From IMG/VR virus record IMGVR_UViG_3300025640_000003, positions 1 through 55,283 of that record: a stretch of 55,283 bases of DNA. One strand, written 5' to 3'. Below are positions 19,392 to 30,700 of this stretch, one piece after another. The position numbers and the translations under genes are program-made. The notes under the pieces are model-generated. The model searched no databases and was not told the origin of the DNA. It saw nothing but the letters and a program-made list of their open reading frames with translations. Source of the DNA: a virus. Lineage: Duplodnaviria; Caudoviricetes. The first letter of the stretch is position 1. Each line of letters begins with the position of its first letter.

Positions 19392-20942
19392 TTAGCCCAT
19401 AAGAACAGTTGCAGCGAGTTGGAACTTAGCAGCGGTATCTGCAGCCTTATCAGATTTAGCAAGTGCATCAGCCTCTTTATCTGCCAATAACAAACTAAGA
19501 GCACGATTAGCCTCACCTTCAGATACAGTCAAAGCAGCACTCATGATGTCACGTTCTCTTTGCCAAATCTGATCAATAGTTGTTTGTGTCATCCCGTTAG
19601 CAACCTTAGCTGCGGTCATGTTAGCTTCGTTCTGTGCAGCAGTATCAAGTGTAGCAATATTCTGTCGCCACTGAGCATTAGCCTGAGCGATGACAAGAGA
19701 GTTACTTGCGTTAAACTGATCTCTTAGGTTCTTTAGTTGAGTGTTGAACTTCTCTGCAGCATTAGTCTCACCAGCATTAAACTGACGAATAGCATTAACC
19801 TGCTCAGCGTTATACCTAGATACTGTAGTTTTTAACTCTGAAAAGAATTGATTGGTTTGGTTTTCACTAGCAGCATTAAACTGTTTTGCAGCATTCTCAG
19901 CAGCTTGATCAGACAGAAGAGCATTTGCACGTGTTTGTGTCTTAAAGATCAAAGTCTGTTGTTCGTTGTTGAGGTTCTGCATCTCAAACTGTGCGACAGT
20001 AGCAGCATCCCGTTCAGCAATGCTTATAGCAGACTCCATAGCGGCCTGTACAACAGCTTGACCAGCCATAGAGGAGGCACCTAGCCCACGAGCCTGCATG
20101 ACGCTCATAGCCCGTCTCATAGCTCCTGAGGCCCAAGGTGGTGTCCCATCCTTCTCGAAGTCATCCATAAGGATTTCAAGTTGACCTTTAACAGTCCCCT
20201 CTGCAGACACCTCACCCTTAGCTGCTTCAAGGTTGTCTAGTTCTTCTTTAGCCTTGTCAGAAATAAGAGTTGCATCAATAACAGCAGCGTCAGTCTCTTT
20301 AGGTTCTTCTACCTTAGCAACTTCTTCTACTTTTGTTACCTGAGCATCAGGACGGTCTTGAACCTGACCAGTACCTTCTTGAAGGAGGGTCTCTGGGGTC
20401 TCTGGAATCTTGGCAACCTCAGCCTGCGTGACGACAGACATAGGATCAGTGATAGAAGACTCCATAAGCTCTTTAGTTACAGGTTCAACAAACTGTTGTG
20501 CAAGAGTGTTCTTACGGTTAAGTTCTTCAAGTGCTTTCTGAGTTGTCTCTACCTGAGTCTTTAGTGCCTCATCTTCTGGAGCAGCTTCAAGTGCTTTCTG
20601 AGCTTCACTAAGGTCAACCGTAGTTGTTTTAATTTGATCTTGAGTTTGAGAGACAAAAGCATTAGGGTCAGCCTTAATCTGTTCGGCAAGAGTAGTAGGT
20701 TGGTCTGGAGTAGTTGTAGCTGTAGTCTCTACGGTACCACCCTCAGCCATAGCTTGAGTTTGCATAGGCTTACCTGCCAATCTCTGTTGAGCAATTTGAG
20801 TATATTCACCCATCTTACTAGCAGCAGAAGGAGAGGCAGCAAGGAATTTATCCATAGACGCCTTATCCAATGGACCCTTGTAACCTTGCTTGACTAGCAG
20901 CATGTATTGTTGTTGAGGAGTAAACCCTGCAAACTTCTTCAT
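19392..20942 (-). CDS. Internal virion protein
   Basis: 516 aa, Q/N/A-rich with QFNA repeats. Confidence 0.7.
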   Translation of the reverse strand: MKKFAGFTPQQQYMLLVKQGYKGPLDKASMDKFLAASPSAASKMGEYTQIAQQRLAGKPMQTQAMAEGGTVETTATTTPDQPTTLAEQIKADPNAFVSQTQDQIKTTTVDLSEAQKALEAAPEDEALKTQVETTQKALEELNRKNTLAQQFVEPVTKELMESSITDPMSVVTQAEVAKIPETPETLLQEGTGQVQDRPDAQVTKVEEVAKVEEPKETDAAVIDATLISDKAKEELDNLEAAKGEVSAEGTVKGQLEILMDDFEKDGTPPWASGAMRRAMSVMQARGLGASSMAGQAVVQAAMESAISIAERDAATVAQFEMQNLNNEQQTLIFKTQTRANALLSDQAAENAAKQFNAASENQTNQFFSELKTTVSRYNAEQVNAIRQFNAGETNAAEKFNTQLKNLRDQFNASNSLVIAQANAQWRQNIATLDTAAQNEANMTAAKVANGMTQTTIDQIWQRERDIMSAALTVSEGEANRALSLLLADKEADALAKSDKAADTAAKFQLAATVLMG

Positions 20943-20954
20943 CTGTTCTTATCC

Positions 20955-21305
20955 TTAAGGCTTAGTAGGCCAGTTGATATCTGTAGGGAACCCATCTTGG
21001 TCTGGCACATCACGCAAAGCCTGCCGATAGGTGGCCCATGCCGCTTGGTCTACAGGTGCGTCTGCTACTTGTGTCCAGTCGGACTGTGTGAGCAGGGTGT
21101 TGCGCTTGGTGCGGGCTTCGGCTGCTAGTAGGTCAGCCTCGCTTGGTGGTGCGGGAGGTTGGTACGCAACGACTTCACCAAACTCACCGGATAGTGCGCG
21201 GGCATGATCTGTCGTATCTGGGTCAAGGTAAACAGAAGAACCGTCAGGCCGATCAACAACAATACCGCCAATTTCGTTCATTACTTTAGGGCTTAGATAC
21301 GTCAT
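20955..21305 (-). CDS. Tail fibre assembly chaperone
   Basis: RTKRNTLLTQSDWTQ..D...W..YRQALRD.P....FP....WP.KP. Confidence 0.85.
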   Translation of the reverse strand: MTYLSPKVMNEIGGIVVDRPDGSSVYLDPDTTDHARALSGEFGEVVAYQPPAPPSEADLLAAEARTKRNTLLTQSDWTQVADAPVDQAAWATYRQALRDVPDQDGFPTDINWPTKP

Positions 21306-22699
21306 ACTGAAACGTCCTCAATTCCAATGGTGAATAAGGGCCAGATTGGGTCTCCCGTAGTTTGGAAACGTATTAGCTGCACTTGGCTTTGATTGATGTT
21401 ATCATCAGAGTGCCTGTGCTGAATTGCAATGTCGTCACCAATAGAAACAGAAATATCAAGACTTCTACTCACAAAAGAAGTTGATGAAGTTGACCAACTT
21501 TGCGCCAGAACGTCATTTTTGTATACCTCAACAATAGACGAACCAGTAAATCCGCCACGGGATTGCTCAAGTGTCAACCTAACCGATCCGCTCTGGAAAA
21601 TACCAACTTTTACTAGCTGGGCAAATGTGTCTTCTTCCCTAGATGATAAGCTATCCTTGCTTAACTTCACATCAGTGCCAGCCGCTATAGTTCCAAGAGC
21701 CGCAAACCCTATTGTCTGTGAATCAAACCCCTGCGCCAACCTCTGACCTGACACTAAACCGAACACCGTGGACGTGTCGTCTTCTGCTTGGACTTGAGTC
21801 AACTCATTGTCTGGAGCCTTAGCATCAAGCTGGGTTTGAATGTTTGAAGTTACACCGTCTGTGTAGTTTAGTTCAGTTACGGTAGCAGTAATCCCATCAA
21901 GGGTATTTAACTCAGCAGCAGTGGCAGTAAGACCTAGGTTAGTCAGAGCACTAGCAGCAGTAGAAGCACCTGTACCACCATCAGCAACAGCAAGGTCAGT
22001 GATACCTGTGATAGAACCACCAGTAATAGACACAGAGTCAGAGTCTTGAGTAGCAATAGAGCCAAGTCCAAGAGTAGCTCTTGCAGTAGTTGCATCAGCG
22101 TCATCAACCAAAGTAGCACCGTAGGTACTGATAGTCGTGTTAGCAGGAAGACTAAGAGTCTTAATGTCAGCGTCTACTTCACTGTCCATCAAAGCACCAG
22201 CAGCAGTTACGTTAGCTGTGTCAGTCACATCTGCTAGGGCTTCAATACCAGCAAGCTTTGTTTCCTCTGCTGTCGTGTAACTTGCAGTGGTGTTATCAAG
22301 GATTGTTGACCAAGCTTGTACATCAGAACCAATAGCGACACCTAGTGCAGTACGTGCAGCAGAGTCACTGGTAGCCCCTGTACCACCCTGAGCAATAGGT
22401 AAGGCATTGGTTAGTACAAGGTCGTCTAGGTAGCCTGTAGACCACCTCAGTGTCGTTGTACCAAGCTCATAGGCAGAGTCTGTCTTAGGTGCAATAGAAC
22501 CAGAACCCACAACAACATCCTGAGCGGGGCCTACGACAGTAATAGGTGCACCTTCAGCTGTAGACCCATCATGGGTATGACCAGTAGAAGCACTAAAGGC
22601 CCCTGCAACAGCATCAAATTCATTATCTAGGTCATCTGCATCCACAACAGAACCGTTGGCAATGTTATTGGAGACATCTTGACGTACGTATCCAGCCAT
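21302..22699 (-). CDS. Tail fibre protein
   Basis: GHTHDG, repeated GGTGA..A.AR..LG segments, ELNxxDG repeats; directly upstream of the chaperone. Confidence 0.8.
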   Translation of the reverse strand: MAGYVRQDVSNNIANGSVVDADDLDNEFDAVAGAFSASTGHTHDGSTAEGAPITVVGPAQDVVVGSGSIAPKTDSAYELGTTTLRWSTGYLDDLVLTNALPIAQGGTGATSDSAARTALGVAIGSDVQAWSTILDNTTASYTTAEETKLAGIEALADVTDTANVTAAGALMDSEVDADIKTLSLPANTTISTYGATLVDDADATTARATLGLGSIATQDSDSVSITGGSITGITDLAVADGGTGASTAASALTNLGLTATAAELNTLDGITATVTELNYTDGVTSNIQTQLDAKAPDNELTQVQAEDDTSTVFGLVSGQRLAQGFDSQTIGFAALGTIAAGTDVKLSKDSLSSREEDTFAQLVKVGIFQSGSVRLTLEQSRGGFTGSSIVEVYKNDVLAQSWSTSSTSFVSRSLDISVSIGDDIAIQHRHSDDNINQSQVQLIRFQTTGDPIWPLFTIGIEDVSV

Positions 22700-22703
22700 C
22701 TAA

Positions 22704-24242
22704 TTACTTTCTCTCGTTAGTTCTAAACTCTAAAACAGCAGTGTCTAAGCTGAAAGAGGGGTTAGTTGTTTTATCTTCAATACGGAAAGAGACAGTCTTA
22801 CCACTACCGATTACATTTGTGTTGTAGACATTGTCCAAAGGAGCACCATACACAGCTGTACCATAAAGGGTGTTAGGGGCACCGTAGATAAAGACACCTG
22901 CACTGGTACTTCCAAGACTAATTGTGTTAGCCAGACCCCCTGTGTAGTTGTCCACCTTAAACAAGTCAAAGTCTAGGTTTAGGTCAACAGCAAAGGTACC
23001 TGCAGTCTCAACATACAAAGACATCTTGTAGAATGTTTTACGTACTTGAGGGTCGTTGATTGGCATGAAAGGAGACTTATAAATCGCCTCAATAATACTG
23101 CCATCTCTACTACTGCCTGTCTCTGCTCTATAGACATAACCATCATCATTAGCAAAGACTGTAAGCTCTTGACCGGGGACATAACGACCGTCAGACACAT
23201 AGACCTTAAAACCACTTGTGGTAGCCCAGTTAATCTGAGAAGCACCTTGGTCAGAAAACTTAGTGCCAATAATACCCTTAGCTACGTCAGTGCCAACAGA
23301 AGGGCTGTAAGCAAACACCCTGTACTGAGCTTTCTCTCTTAACACATAACTAGAAAAAGTCTGAGTGCTGTTAATAAAAGCTAGGGCATCTTTATTAATT
23401 GGAGCAGAAGCAACCTCAAGACCAAAGTCACCAATCCGTTCAGTTGCACTAAGAAGTCTAAGACCATCAGCGGCCATGAACATAACATCACCACCAACCT
23501 CTTGAATAGTCTCACCGTGTAGGCAACCAATATCTTCTGCAATAGGTACAAGCTGGAAGTCTGCAACACTGCTACCAACAAGTCTTTGGATTTTATTACG
23601 ACTAAAAATAATCAGCTGATCTCTAAAGACAATAAGACCTGTGATAGTATGTCCTACATTAACTACTCCAGCACCATTAGCAGGGGTAAAGTCAGTTTCA
23701 TCGTAAGGGGCAGAGAAGTGTAGGTTAGCTCCATTAGCTAGGAAGATAGCCTTCTTGTAAGAAGACACATGAGCAGAACCAGTGAGATCAGAGGGCAGTG
23801 TTGGGAATGTGAGAGTGTTTGTCGTGTCATTAAGTACAGCAGGAGAGTTAACCCCATCTACAAAGACAATCTTATGGTTTCCATCAAAGTTAAAGTCTAC
23901 CGCCTTAATGCGACCACCAAGCAAAGCTGCTGAACCCAAGGAAGACCAAGTGGCACCAGAGTTAATAAAGTACTCCGATACGTTACTGGCATTCTCTCTT
24001 ACTGCAACTACCTCACCTGCATTAACGACCTTAACACCAAGCATAGGTCCTGAACCAGCTACTTGACCTGCAATATACTTTTCATACCCGAGTACTTTTT
24101 TATAACCACCCTCTTTAGATGGCTCAAAGTTCTGAAGAAAAGTTGCTGATCCCACCATATTGGTACCCTGCTGGAGAGGGTTCATGTTAGAGATAAGACC
24201 ACCTCTAAACTCAACAGGAAAGGTTTGCCATTGTGAAGGCAT
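22704..24242 (-). CDS. Tail nozzle / stabilisation protein
   Basis: FRGGL N-terminus, beta-rich, IGC..GETIQEVGGD; position in the tail module. Confidence 0.7.
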   Translation of the reverse strand: MPSQWQTFPVEFRGGLISNMNPLQQGTNMVGSATFLQNFEPSKEGGYKKVLGYEKYIAGQVAGSGPMLGVKVVNAGEVVAVRENASNVSEYFINSGATWSSLGSAALLGGRIKAVDFNFDGNHKIVFVDGVNSPAVLNDTTNTLTFPTLPSDLTGSAHVSSYKKAIFLANGANLHFSAPYDETDFTPANGAGVVNVGHTITGLIVFRDQLIIFSRNKIQRLVGSSVADFQLVPIAEDIGCLHGETIQEVGGDVMFMAADGLRLLSATERIGDFGLEVASAPINKDALAFINSTQTFSSYVLREKAQYRVFAYSPSVGTDVAKGIIGTKFSDQGASQINWATTSGFKVYVSDGRYVPGQELTVFANDDGYVYRAETGSSRDGSIIEAIYKSPFMPINDPQVRKTFYKMSLYVETAGTFAVDLNLDFDLFKVDNYTGGLANTISLGSTSAGVFIYGAPNTLYGTAVYGAPLDNVYNTNVIGSGKTVSFRIEDKTTNPSFSLDTAVLEFRTNERK

Positions 24243-24934
24243 TAAAAGGACCTTACAGTAGAACGAAGATATTCATAACGGTTTACGTAGATGCTTCTGA
24301 GAGACTTGAGACCCTCTTTAAACTTCATATTGCTAAGTTGAGCACTTTCATTGTCCCCACGGAATGCATGAGCATGTACCATAGCACCGTCAATGATAAC
24401 ATAACGAAACTCTTCTGGGACACTTGGCACATCTGAGTGGAGTTCTAGTGGTTGTGGGTTAGTATAATACTCAAAAGCAATCGTGTAGGCTTTGTCTGGA
24501 GAAGGCACAACACCATACTCTAGAGAAGGGGTACGAAATACATACTCAGGGATAGTGTTGATTCCCTCGCTGTTATTGTACTCGTAGTCTAAATACTTGT
24601 CAAGATACTCTTCATAAGAAATAAGCTTTAGTCTTTTTGTGTCGTTACCAAGAGTATCATCACGTTTGATCCTAAAGGAGTCCATGTCCAAGGTTTTAGT
24701 GTCGCTTTGGATATCATACCGGACTTGACCTACAACAGCAGTATCTTCTTGGGTAACGTGGTTAAAGGGCCACTCAAAGTGCTCTTGGTTAACATCCCTA
24801 AGAGAAGAGTTAACTGCATCCTTAGCGGTGGCATAAAAGCCTACAGAGGTAGCAAAATTAGCTTGAGTTAGTTCCACCTCATTGAGGCGACGGTTAACGT
24901 CATTCACTAGACCTAAAAAGTTGTAATCAGCCAT
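24242..24934 (-). CDS. Head-tail adaptor (tail tubular protein A-like)
   Basis: LVNDVNRRLNE, EWPF, PSPDKAY, PEEFRYVI. Confidence 0.75.
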   Translation of the reverse strand: MADYNFLGLVNDVNRRLNEVELTQANFATSVGFYATAKDAVNSSLRDVNQEHFEWPFNHVTQEDTAVVGQVRYDIQSDTKTLDMDSFRIKRDDTLGNDTKRLKLISYEEYLDKYLDYEYNNSEGINTIPEYVFRTPSLEYGVVPSPDKAYTIAFEYYTNPQPLELHSDVPSVPEEFRYVIIDGAMVHAHAFRGDNESAQLSNMKFKEGLKSLRSIYVNRYEYLRSTVRSF

Positions 24935-24943
24935 CTCTACCTC

Positions 24944-24978
24944 AAATAAAAAGAGACTACCCCCGTAAGGATAGCCTC
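24944..24978 (-). terminator. Intrinsic terminator after the capsid-associated gene
   Basis: Minus strand GAGGCTATCC...GGTAGTCTC followed by TTTTTATTT. Confidence 0.75.
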
Positions 24979-24990
24979 AGAGTTTCTAGC

Positions 24991-25398
24991 TTAAGCCAGT
25001 GTGTCGCGGTCTACTTCGGCAGGGCCACGAGTTGCTTGATTTACGTCTACGACAATAGCCCAAACACGAGCAGTTGAACCCGCAGTTGTACCACTGATAA
25101 CCGTAACAGCGTCAATGGTGTCAGCAGCAGTAATACCCAGAGTCTGTGAACCAAAGGCAAAGTCACCTGCAGCACCATCATCTACACTAGTAGCAGCCAT
25201 GAATGTAGTTGTGTCATCAGCAACAGCAACAGTGAAAGTAGTAACGTCTTCTACCGCGTCGATCAGTTCAACACCAGCAGCAAGGACAAGAGTACCAGCA
25301 CCAACAGCAGGGCCTTCGACCGTACCAGATGCAGTACCCAGATTGATCGTCTTTTCAACCATATAGGCTTTAGACGTCAGGGAAGTTGAGAGAGCCAT
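24991..25398 (-). CDS. Putative capsid decoration / minor head protein
   Basis: 135 aa, A/T/V-rich, directly after the major capsid gene. Confidence 0.6.
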   Translation of the reverse strand: MALSTSLTSKAYMVEKTINLGTASGTVEGPAVGAGTLVLAAGVELIDAVEDVTTFTVAVADDTTTFMAATSVDDGAAGDFAFGSQTLGITAADTIDAVTVISGTTAGSTARVWAIVVDVNQATRGPAEVDRDTLA

Positions 25399-25432
25399 AT
25401 TAAGATTCCTTCCTATGAGTTATGGCAGCTTA

Positions 25433-25454
25433 GGGTACCCCCGAAGGGATACCC
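25433..25454 (-). terminator. UUCG-loop hairpin after the capsid gene (terminator or stabiliser)
   Basis: GGGTATCCC-TTCG-GGGGTACCC, without a strong U tract. Confidence 0.5.
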
Positions 25455-25470
25455 AATGTAAACCTACTTA

Positions 25471-26544
25471 TCAGGCAAGGTTATATTTAGCTGTTACGAG
25501 AGCTTCTGGACGCAGAATCTTACGACCGTACAGGTGCATACCACGTACAATGTCAGCAAAGGAGTCTGGGTCACGGTAAGTCTCGGTCTTGTTGATTTGC
25601 TCAGCGGTTGCAACAGCAGAATCATGACCACCAACAATAACACCGAAGTTAGCGTTCTGGTTAGCCGTACCAGTTGTAGCAGCGCCAGTACCAACTTGTG
25701 GAGTGTTGTTGGATACGTATACCCGGAAACCATTCCAGTTGTTGATGACCAGACCATTACGAAGGGCACCGGAATCACCGTAGTCAGAGTTCAAGAAGCG
25801 CGAGTCTTCATCCTGCAAAACTTCCATCATGACTGGGTCAATGACAATCCAGCGACCTGCTTTATCAACGTTCTGTTGGTCCAAAAGACGGCCCATACGG
25901 TTGATCAGCATGACTGGAGAGACATAAGCTGTTGGAAGAGCAGTAGCACCGGGCAAACGTGCAGCAACAGGGATCGAGTGGTTCCCAGCAGAAGCAGTTG
26001 TGATGTTACCGAAGTCACCCTTTTTAAGCTTCATGGAACCCAAGAGTTCGTCAGAGCCAGCGGTGTCTACAGCTTTAGTGCCATTGACTTGGTCGTTAAC
26101 TGTGTCAGCGTTTGCATGAAGAGCAGTCTGCTTGTAGCCCGACAGGTAACCCAGAACTTCTTGGTCGTACTGATCAGCCAGACGGTAGGCAGCACGGTTA
26201 GTTGCGAGGTCCATGAAGTTTACATGCGAGTGCTTCTCTTCGATGTCATCTACCTTAAATGCAAAGTAGTTAGACTTGTCAATAACCAGCGAGAAATCTT
26301 CATCGTCGAGGTCTTGAGCGTTAACCTGAGTACCACGAGCATAAGGGCTTACTGTGATTTCTGGCTCTTTGATGATCTTTACAGAGTCACCTTGGGCAGA
26401 GATTTCACCGAAGTAATCAGAGTTAGTAATGTCACCAGCAATAGTGGACTTACGGAATGCGAGTTGAACTTTCTTGGAATAAATTACCGAAGAGAAGTTA
26501 CCGTTTGGCAGGTTGTTGTGGCCTGCAGCGGATTGGAAAGCCAT
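25471..26544 (-). CDS. Major capsid protein
   Basis: 357 aa; NSDYFGEI..QGDSVKI, FAFKVDDIE, GRWIVIDP, DIVRGMHLYGRKILRPE; strong AGGAGG RBS and biased codons. Confidence 0.92.
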   Translation of the reverse strand: MAFQSAAGHNNLPNGNFSSVIYSKKVQLAFRKSTIAGDITNSDYFGEISAQGDSVKIIKEPEITVSPYARGTQVNAQDLDDEDFSLVIDKSNYFAFKVDDIEEKHSHVNFMDLATNRAAYRLADQYDQEVLGYLSGYKQTALHANADTVNDQVNGTKAVDTAGSDELLGSMKLKKGDFGNITTASAGNHSIPVAARLPGATALPTAYVSPVMLINRMGRLLDQQNVDKAGRWIVIDPVMMEVLQDEDSRFLNSDYGDSGALRNGLVINNWNGFRVYVSNNTPQVGTGAATTGTANQNANFGVIVGGHDSAVATAEQINKTETYRDPDSFADIVRGMHLYGRKILRPEALVTAKYNLA

Positions 26545-26760
26545 GAGAAATCCTCCTGTGATATGTTTTGGCTTTATAATGAGCTAAACATGGTTCAAAG
26601 AGGCTAAACGTCTTTAGGGTGCAAAAGTATCTCAGGTCGGCCAACCTTTGAAACCTTGGGCCTATGCGCTCAGGTAGTTCTTATCTTGTTTAAGCTTTGG
26701 GGGGTTTTAGTCTTTAACCCCGAGGTAGTACTATAATAGCAGGCTCGGGGTTATTGACGT

Positions 26761-26790
26761 TAGTTATATGTAAAACAGTTTAACTGTCAA
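26761..26790 (-). promoter_or_regulatory. Promoter TTGACA-N16-TATAACTA for the capsid operon
   Basis: Recurrent motif. Confidence 0.75.
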
Positions 26791-26793
26791 GGA

Positions 26794-27684
26794 CTATCTT
26801 GCACCACCAGTAACATCATAGATAAAGTTACCAGTACGTTGTGCTTCTAAGATAGCCTCCATATTCTTTTCAAACTCTTTGTCAGACATCTTACTTACTT
26901 GAGACTCACGGAACTTCTTAGAGTTCTCATCTGGGTCAATAGCAGAAGGTGCCCCACGTGGAGTTGCTTTTGCAGCTGCCTTAACTTTTTCTTTCTTAGC
27001 AGAAGGTGTAAGGCCATTATCTACTTTGTACAAATCGAGTACTCGGATGACAGAAGCAGGATCGTCAGAGTTTTCGTACAGGGCATCTTGGACCCACTTA
27101 GGTTGTTCATCTACCCAACCGTGGAATGTGTCTGAGTCTTTCAGTTCATCAAAATCACTGTGAGCTTTACGGATGACATTCTCTGCTTTAACTCGGTCAG
27201 CTTCAAACTTCGCCTCATCCAGTTCTTGAAAGCGTTGGTCAGCCTTCTCAAACATCTCTTTAGCTTTCTTTGTCGCAATAGTCTCTACGATAGAAGCTAC
27301 ATCGGGGTACTTAGCTGCCCAATCTTTAAGGTCTTCATCAGACTTTGGTGGGGCTACATTAGGGTCTTTGTCTTCAAGAGCATTAAGTTTATCGTTCCAC
27401 TCTTTCTCTTTCTTTTGCATATGACGACGGAGATCACCATAACGCTTCTTAAAAGACTTCTCTTCTGCAGAGGTGGGTTCAGGTTCTTCTGGAGTTTCTA
27501 CTTCTTCTGTAGGGGCCTCCTCTTGAACCTGTTCTTGAACCTCTTCCTCTTCTTCTGGTTTCTCTTCTACTTCTCCACGCATTTGTGCTTCAAGTTCAGC
27601 AAGTTCTTTTTCTTCCTGTTCCATCTTAGCTTGTTTACGTGCATGGTTATAACCACGGTCTACGAAAGTTTTATTGTCAGCCAT
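26794..27684 (-). CDS. Capsid scaffolding protein
   Basis: Acidic coiled coil, FKKRYGDLRRH; upstream of the capsid gene. Confidence 0.8.
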   Translation of the reverse strand: MADNKTFVDRGYNHARKQAKMEQEEKELAELEAQMRGEVEEKPEEEEEVQEQVQEEAPTEEVETPEEPEPTSAEEKSFKKRYGDLRRHMQKKEKEWNDKLNALEDKDPNVAPPKSDEDLKDWAAKYPDVASIVETIATKKAKEMFEKADQRFQELDEAKFEADRVKAENVIRKAHSDFDELKDSDTFHGWVDEQPKWVQDALYENSDDPASVIRVLDLYKVDNGLTPSAKKEKVKAAAKATPRGAPSAIDPDENSKKFRESQVSKMSDKEFEKNMEAILEAQRTGNFIYDVTGGAR

Positions 27685-27753
27685 TTTATTTTCCTTATGT
27701 TGGGGCCAGCATTATGCTGAGTAGCCTTATTGGTTGCTTTATTACAACAGTTA

Positions 27754-30700
27754 TTATTTTGTCTTTTTCTTTTTAGGTTTTTGTACAAGTCCACCAGTAG
27801 CTCGTCCAGTGCCACTATAAGCAGCGGTTGTACCTAAACTACTTGCAGCCCTATCTGCTCTTTCTCTAGCCTCTTTAGCCTTTTCTGCAGATGACTGTCT
27901 CTCTTCTGTAACATCTCTACCAGTCCAAGGACGAGCAGTTGGTCTTACACTTGGAGCACTTGGTGCTGCAGACCCTGTAGTTACACGAGAAGAGTAGGTG
28001 CTGTCGTCATCGCTGTTACTTCTTTGAGTGTAGTTAACCCCACCAGAAGTTACCTGACGCTCACTGCCACTAGAACTGCCTGTAGGGATAGCTTGTACCG
28101 TCTGAGGTGTCATAGCGGCGCTTCTAGCGTAGTTTTCCCCAGTAGCAAAACCAAGAGCTTGACCAATAGTGTTAAGGATTTTGCCAGCCCCACTAAGGTT
28201 ATCAAGCTCTCTATCCAACTCTTCTCTAAGTTTTTTGTAGTCTTCAGTGCCTTCAAGGTTTTGATCCTCAGCAACACGTAAAGCTGCTCTTGCCCTAGCA
28301 ACATTTTCAAGCTCAAAACCACCTCCAACACCAGCACCAAGTACCATTCCCGGAGCACCTGCAACAACGGAACCTGCACCACCTAGGCGTTTAGCATTAA
28401 GGGTTTCATCACCTCTGATAGATTCCATACCAAAGCTAAGTGGATTTTCCTGTAGCTTTTGTTGGTCCTCTTCACTGAGCTTAAATCCACCAAAGCCCTC
28501 TCCATCTTCGCCACCTTGTGCAGTAACAGAAGGGGTACGAGGGCCTCTATCACGATCCCTGTCACCAGAAGTTTGTGTTGGTTCTTCCTGAGCCATAGAT
28601 GCACGGTTCTCTGGAGTCGCCTCTACAAAACCTTCTGGGATAGGTGTGATAGGCTGTCCGTTGACAAAGAGAATGCTTCTAATCTCACCAGCAGCATTAG
28701 TATAGACCTTTGAAATTGTGCCACCTGTTGCTTGTCCTTGGTTCGTACCAAAAGAGAAACCGGGTTGATATTGTTGAGGATTAAAAGTAGAAGCTACAGA
28801 ACCCCCCTCAGCCATCTCAACAGGTGTATCTTCTACAGTCTGGAGTTCTTCATCTTTAAAAGGTAGATCGTCTTTCATAGGAGAGGGTTCACCGCCAATA
28901 CGACCATCAGCTTCCATCTTCTCTAGGCCAGCTTTAGCCTTATTCCGGAGTTTCTCAAAGTACTCTACACCAAAGAAACGAACAACATCGGCAGGTACAA
29001 CATACTCACCTGAGGAAAGTTTAGCATCTACATCATCTCGTACTTCCTCAGCAAGAGAACCTGCAGGGATTTCATTACCACTCACTGGGTCACGGTTCAT
29101 ACCATCATCCTTAATGCCACCCTCGGCCCTCATTGTTTTCATTTCTTCATCCACTGCTAATCCACCTTTATTGTAATTACTAGGCTCACCCCATTGATAG
29201 GGTCTAGGCATCCTTGGGTCCTCTGTAGACTCTGGAGAAGTTTTTAATCTCTCCTCAAGAGTCATAGACATTCTGTCCGCAGCATTCCTTGCCTCTACCT
29301 CACCTCTTTTTCTTTCATAGGTGCGAAAGAGTACTGAGGTATCAGGTGAACCTCCGGGAGGGGGTAGGTCAGGGAGACTTGGCGCTGGTGTTGGTATAAA
29401 GTACTCTAGAATGTCAGAGCTACCCCCCGGTTTAAAAACTACAGGGTTTACATTTAGTGTCTCTTCTAAAATGTCCGCATCTTGGTCACCTGCAAGCGAG
29501 TTAGCCTTTTTTAAAAGACCAGAAACACGTCCAGAAAGGTAGTCAAAATGATCTGGGTTAGCTGAGTCCAGAGTTTCTAAAATGTTTTCAACTTCCTCTA
29601 CATCAGAAATCAGGTTTAGCTGTACTGGAAGTTCAGAATCTCTACCCCGCAACCTTCTAGAGACCCTTTGCAACATCCGAGGTTCCCTAAGCAAAAAGTC
29701 GTTTCTTGCAGCAAAAGATTCGTAAAAACTTTTTAGTCTTTGGAGAGGCTCAACTAAGTTTTCATTTTTTCTGTAGTTAGCTAAGTCTTGGTTATACTCC
29801 GCCCAAGCTTGAGTGTTTTCTGGGGAGTCTATTTCCCCTCTAGCAAAAGCCAACACATCTCTGTTTTCCGGAGAAGTGCCTTGTGCAAAACCCTCTCTTG
29901 CTTGTATAAGATGTTGAATTTCGTGTATTAAGGTTTTTTTAAACTCTTCTGGAGGTTTTTGCAAAAAGTCAGAGTTTAAAGCTATAACATTGTTACTGTA
30001 GGCAGAGCCACGGTGGCTAGGGTCAAAAGAAGAGTTAAAAACTATTGGAGTATTTTGGATATCTGGATATTGATAAAACAATTCATCTGCTACCATAACA
30101 TCCCCAAGGGTGCTTATGTTTGAGTTAGTTGGGATTTTAGGGGTAGCTCTAGGGTTAAATTGAACTATAGTAACATTGGAAGGTACGACAGATATATTAG
30201 AGTCATCCATTTCAAAACGATATTTACCATCAGCACCCGTAGACTCAGGCGCTTTACGACCACTCTGAGTGTATCCGGGGTCAGTAGCGCCAAGACCTCC
30301 AAAGATGTTTACTCTGGTTGGATCATACTCTGGCATAGCATCAAGCACATCACCAGTGGCCATACGGACTCCAGTGGAAGCTTGACTTGCAGTAGGTAGA
30401 GGTACACCAGCGTTTACACCAAAGACGTTACCTGCAAATGCCTCAGGAACAGAGCTTACATCACGAGTAAAACGTCTTTCTTGATTTCTATCCATCCCCG
30501 GAACAAGCTCAGAAGCAAGCCCCACGGAGTATTTCCAAGCAGCGTCAGAAGCCTCAAGACCTGCAAGACCCATATCGGCTGCATAACCAAGGCCTGTTGT
30601 AAAGGTGTTCAGGACTCCACTATCTGCTTCTGGAAATGCACCTGCAGCACCTTCTTCTGTGCCACGAACTTGAAAACGACGTTTAGCTTCCTCCCAAGCA

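Noticed and set aside
25534-26607. 357-aa plus-strand ORF antisense to the capsid gene
   Set aside because: No motifs, RBS or promoter; explained as a shadow of strong codon bias, unlike 34290-35075
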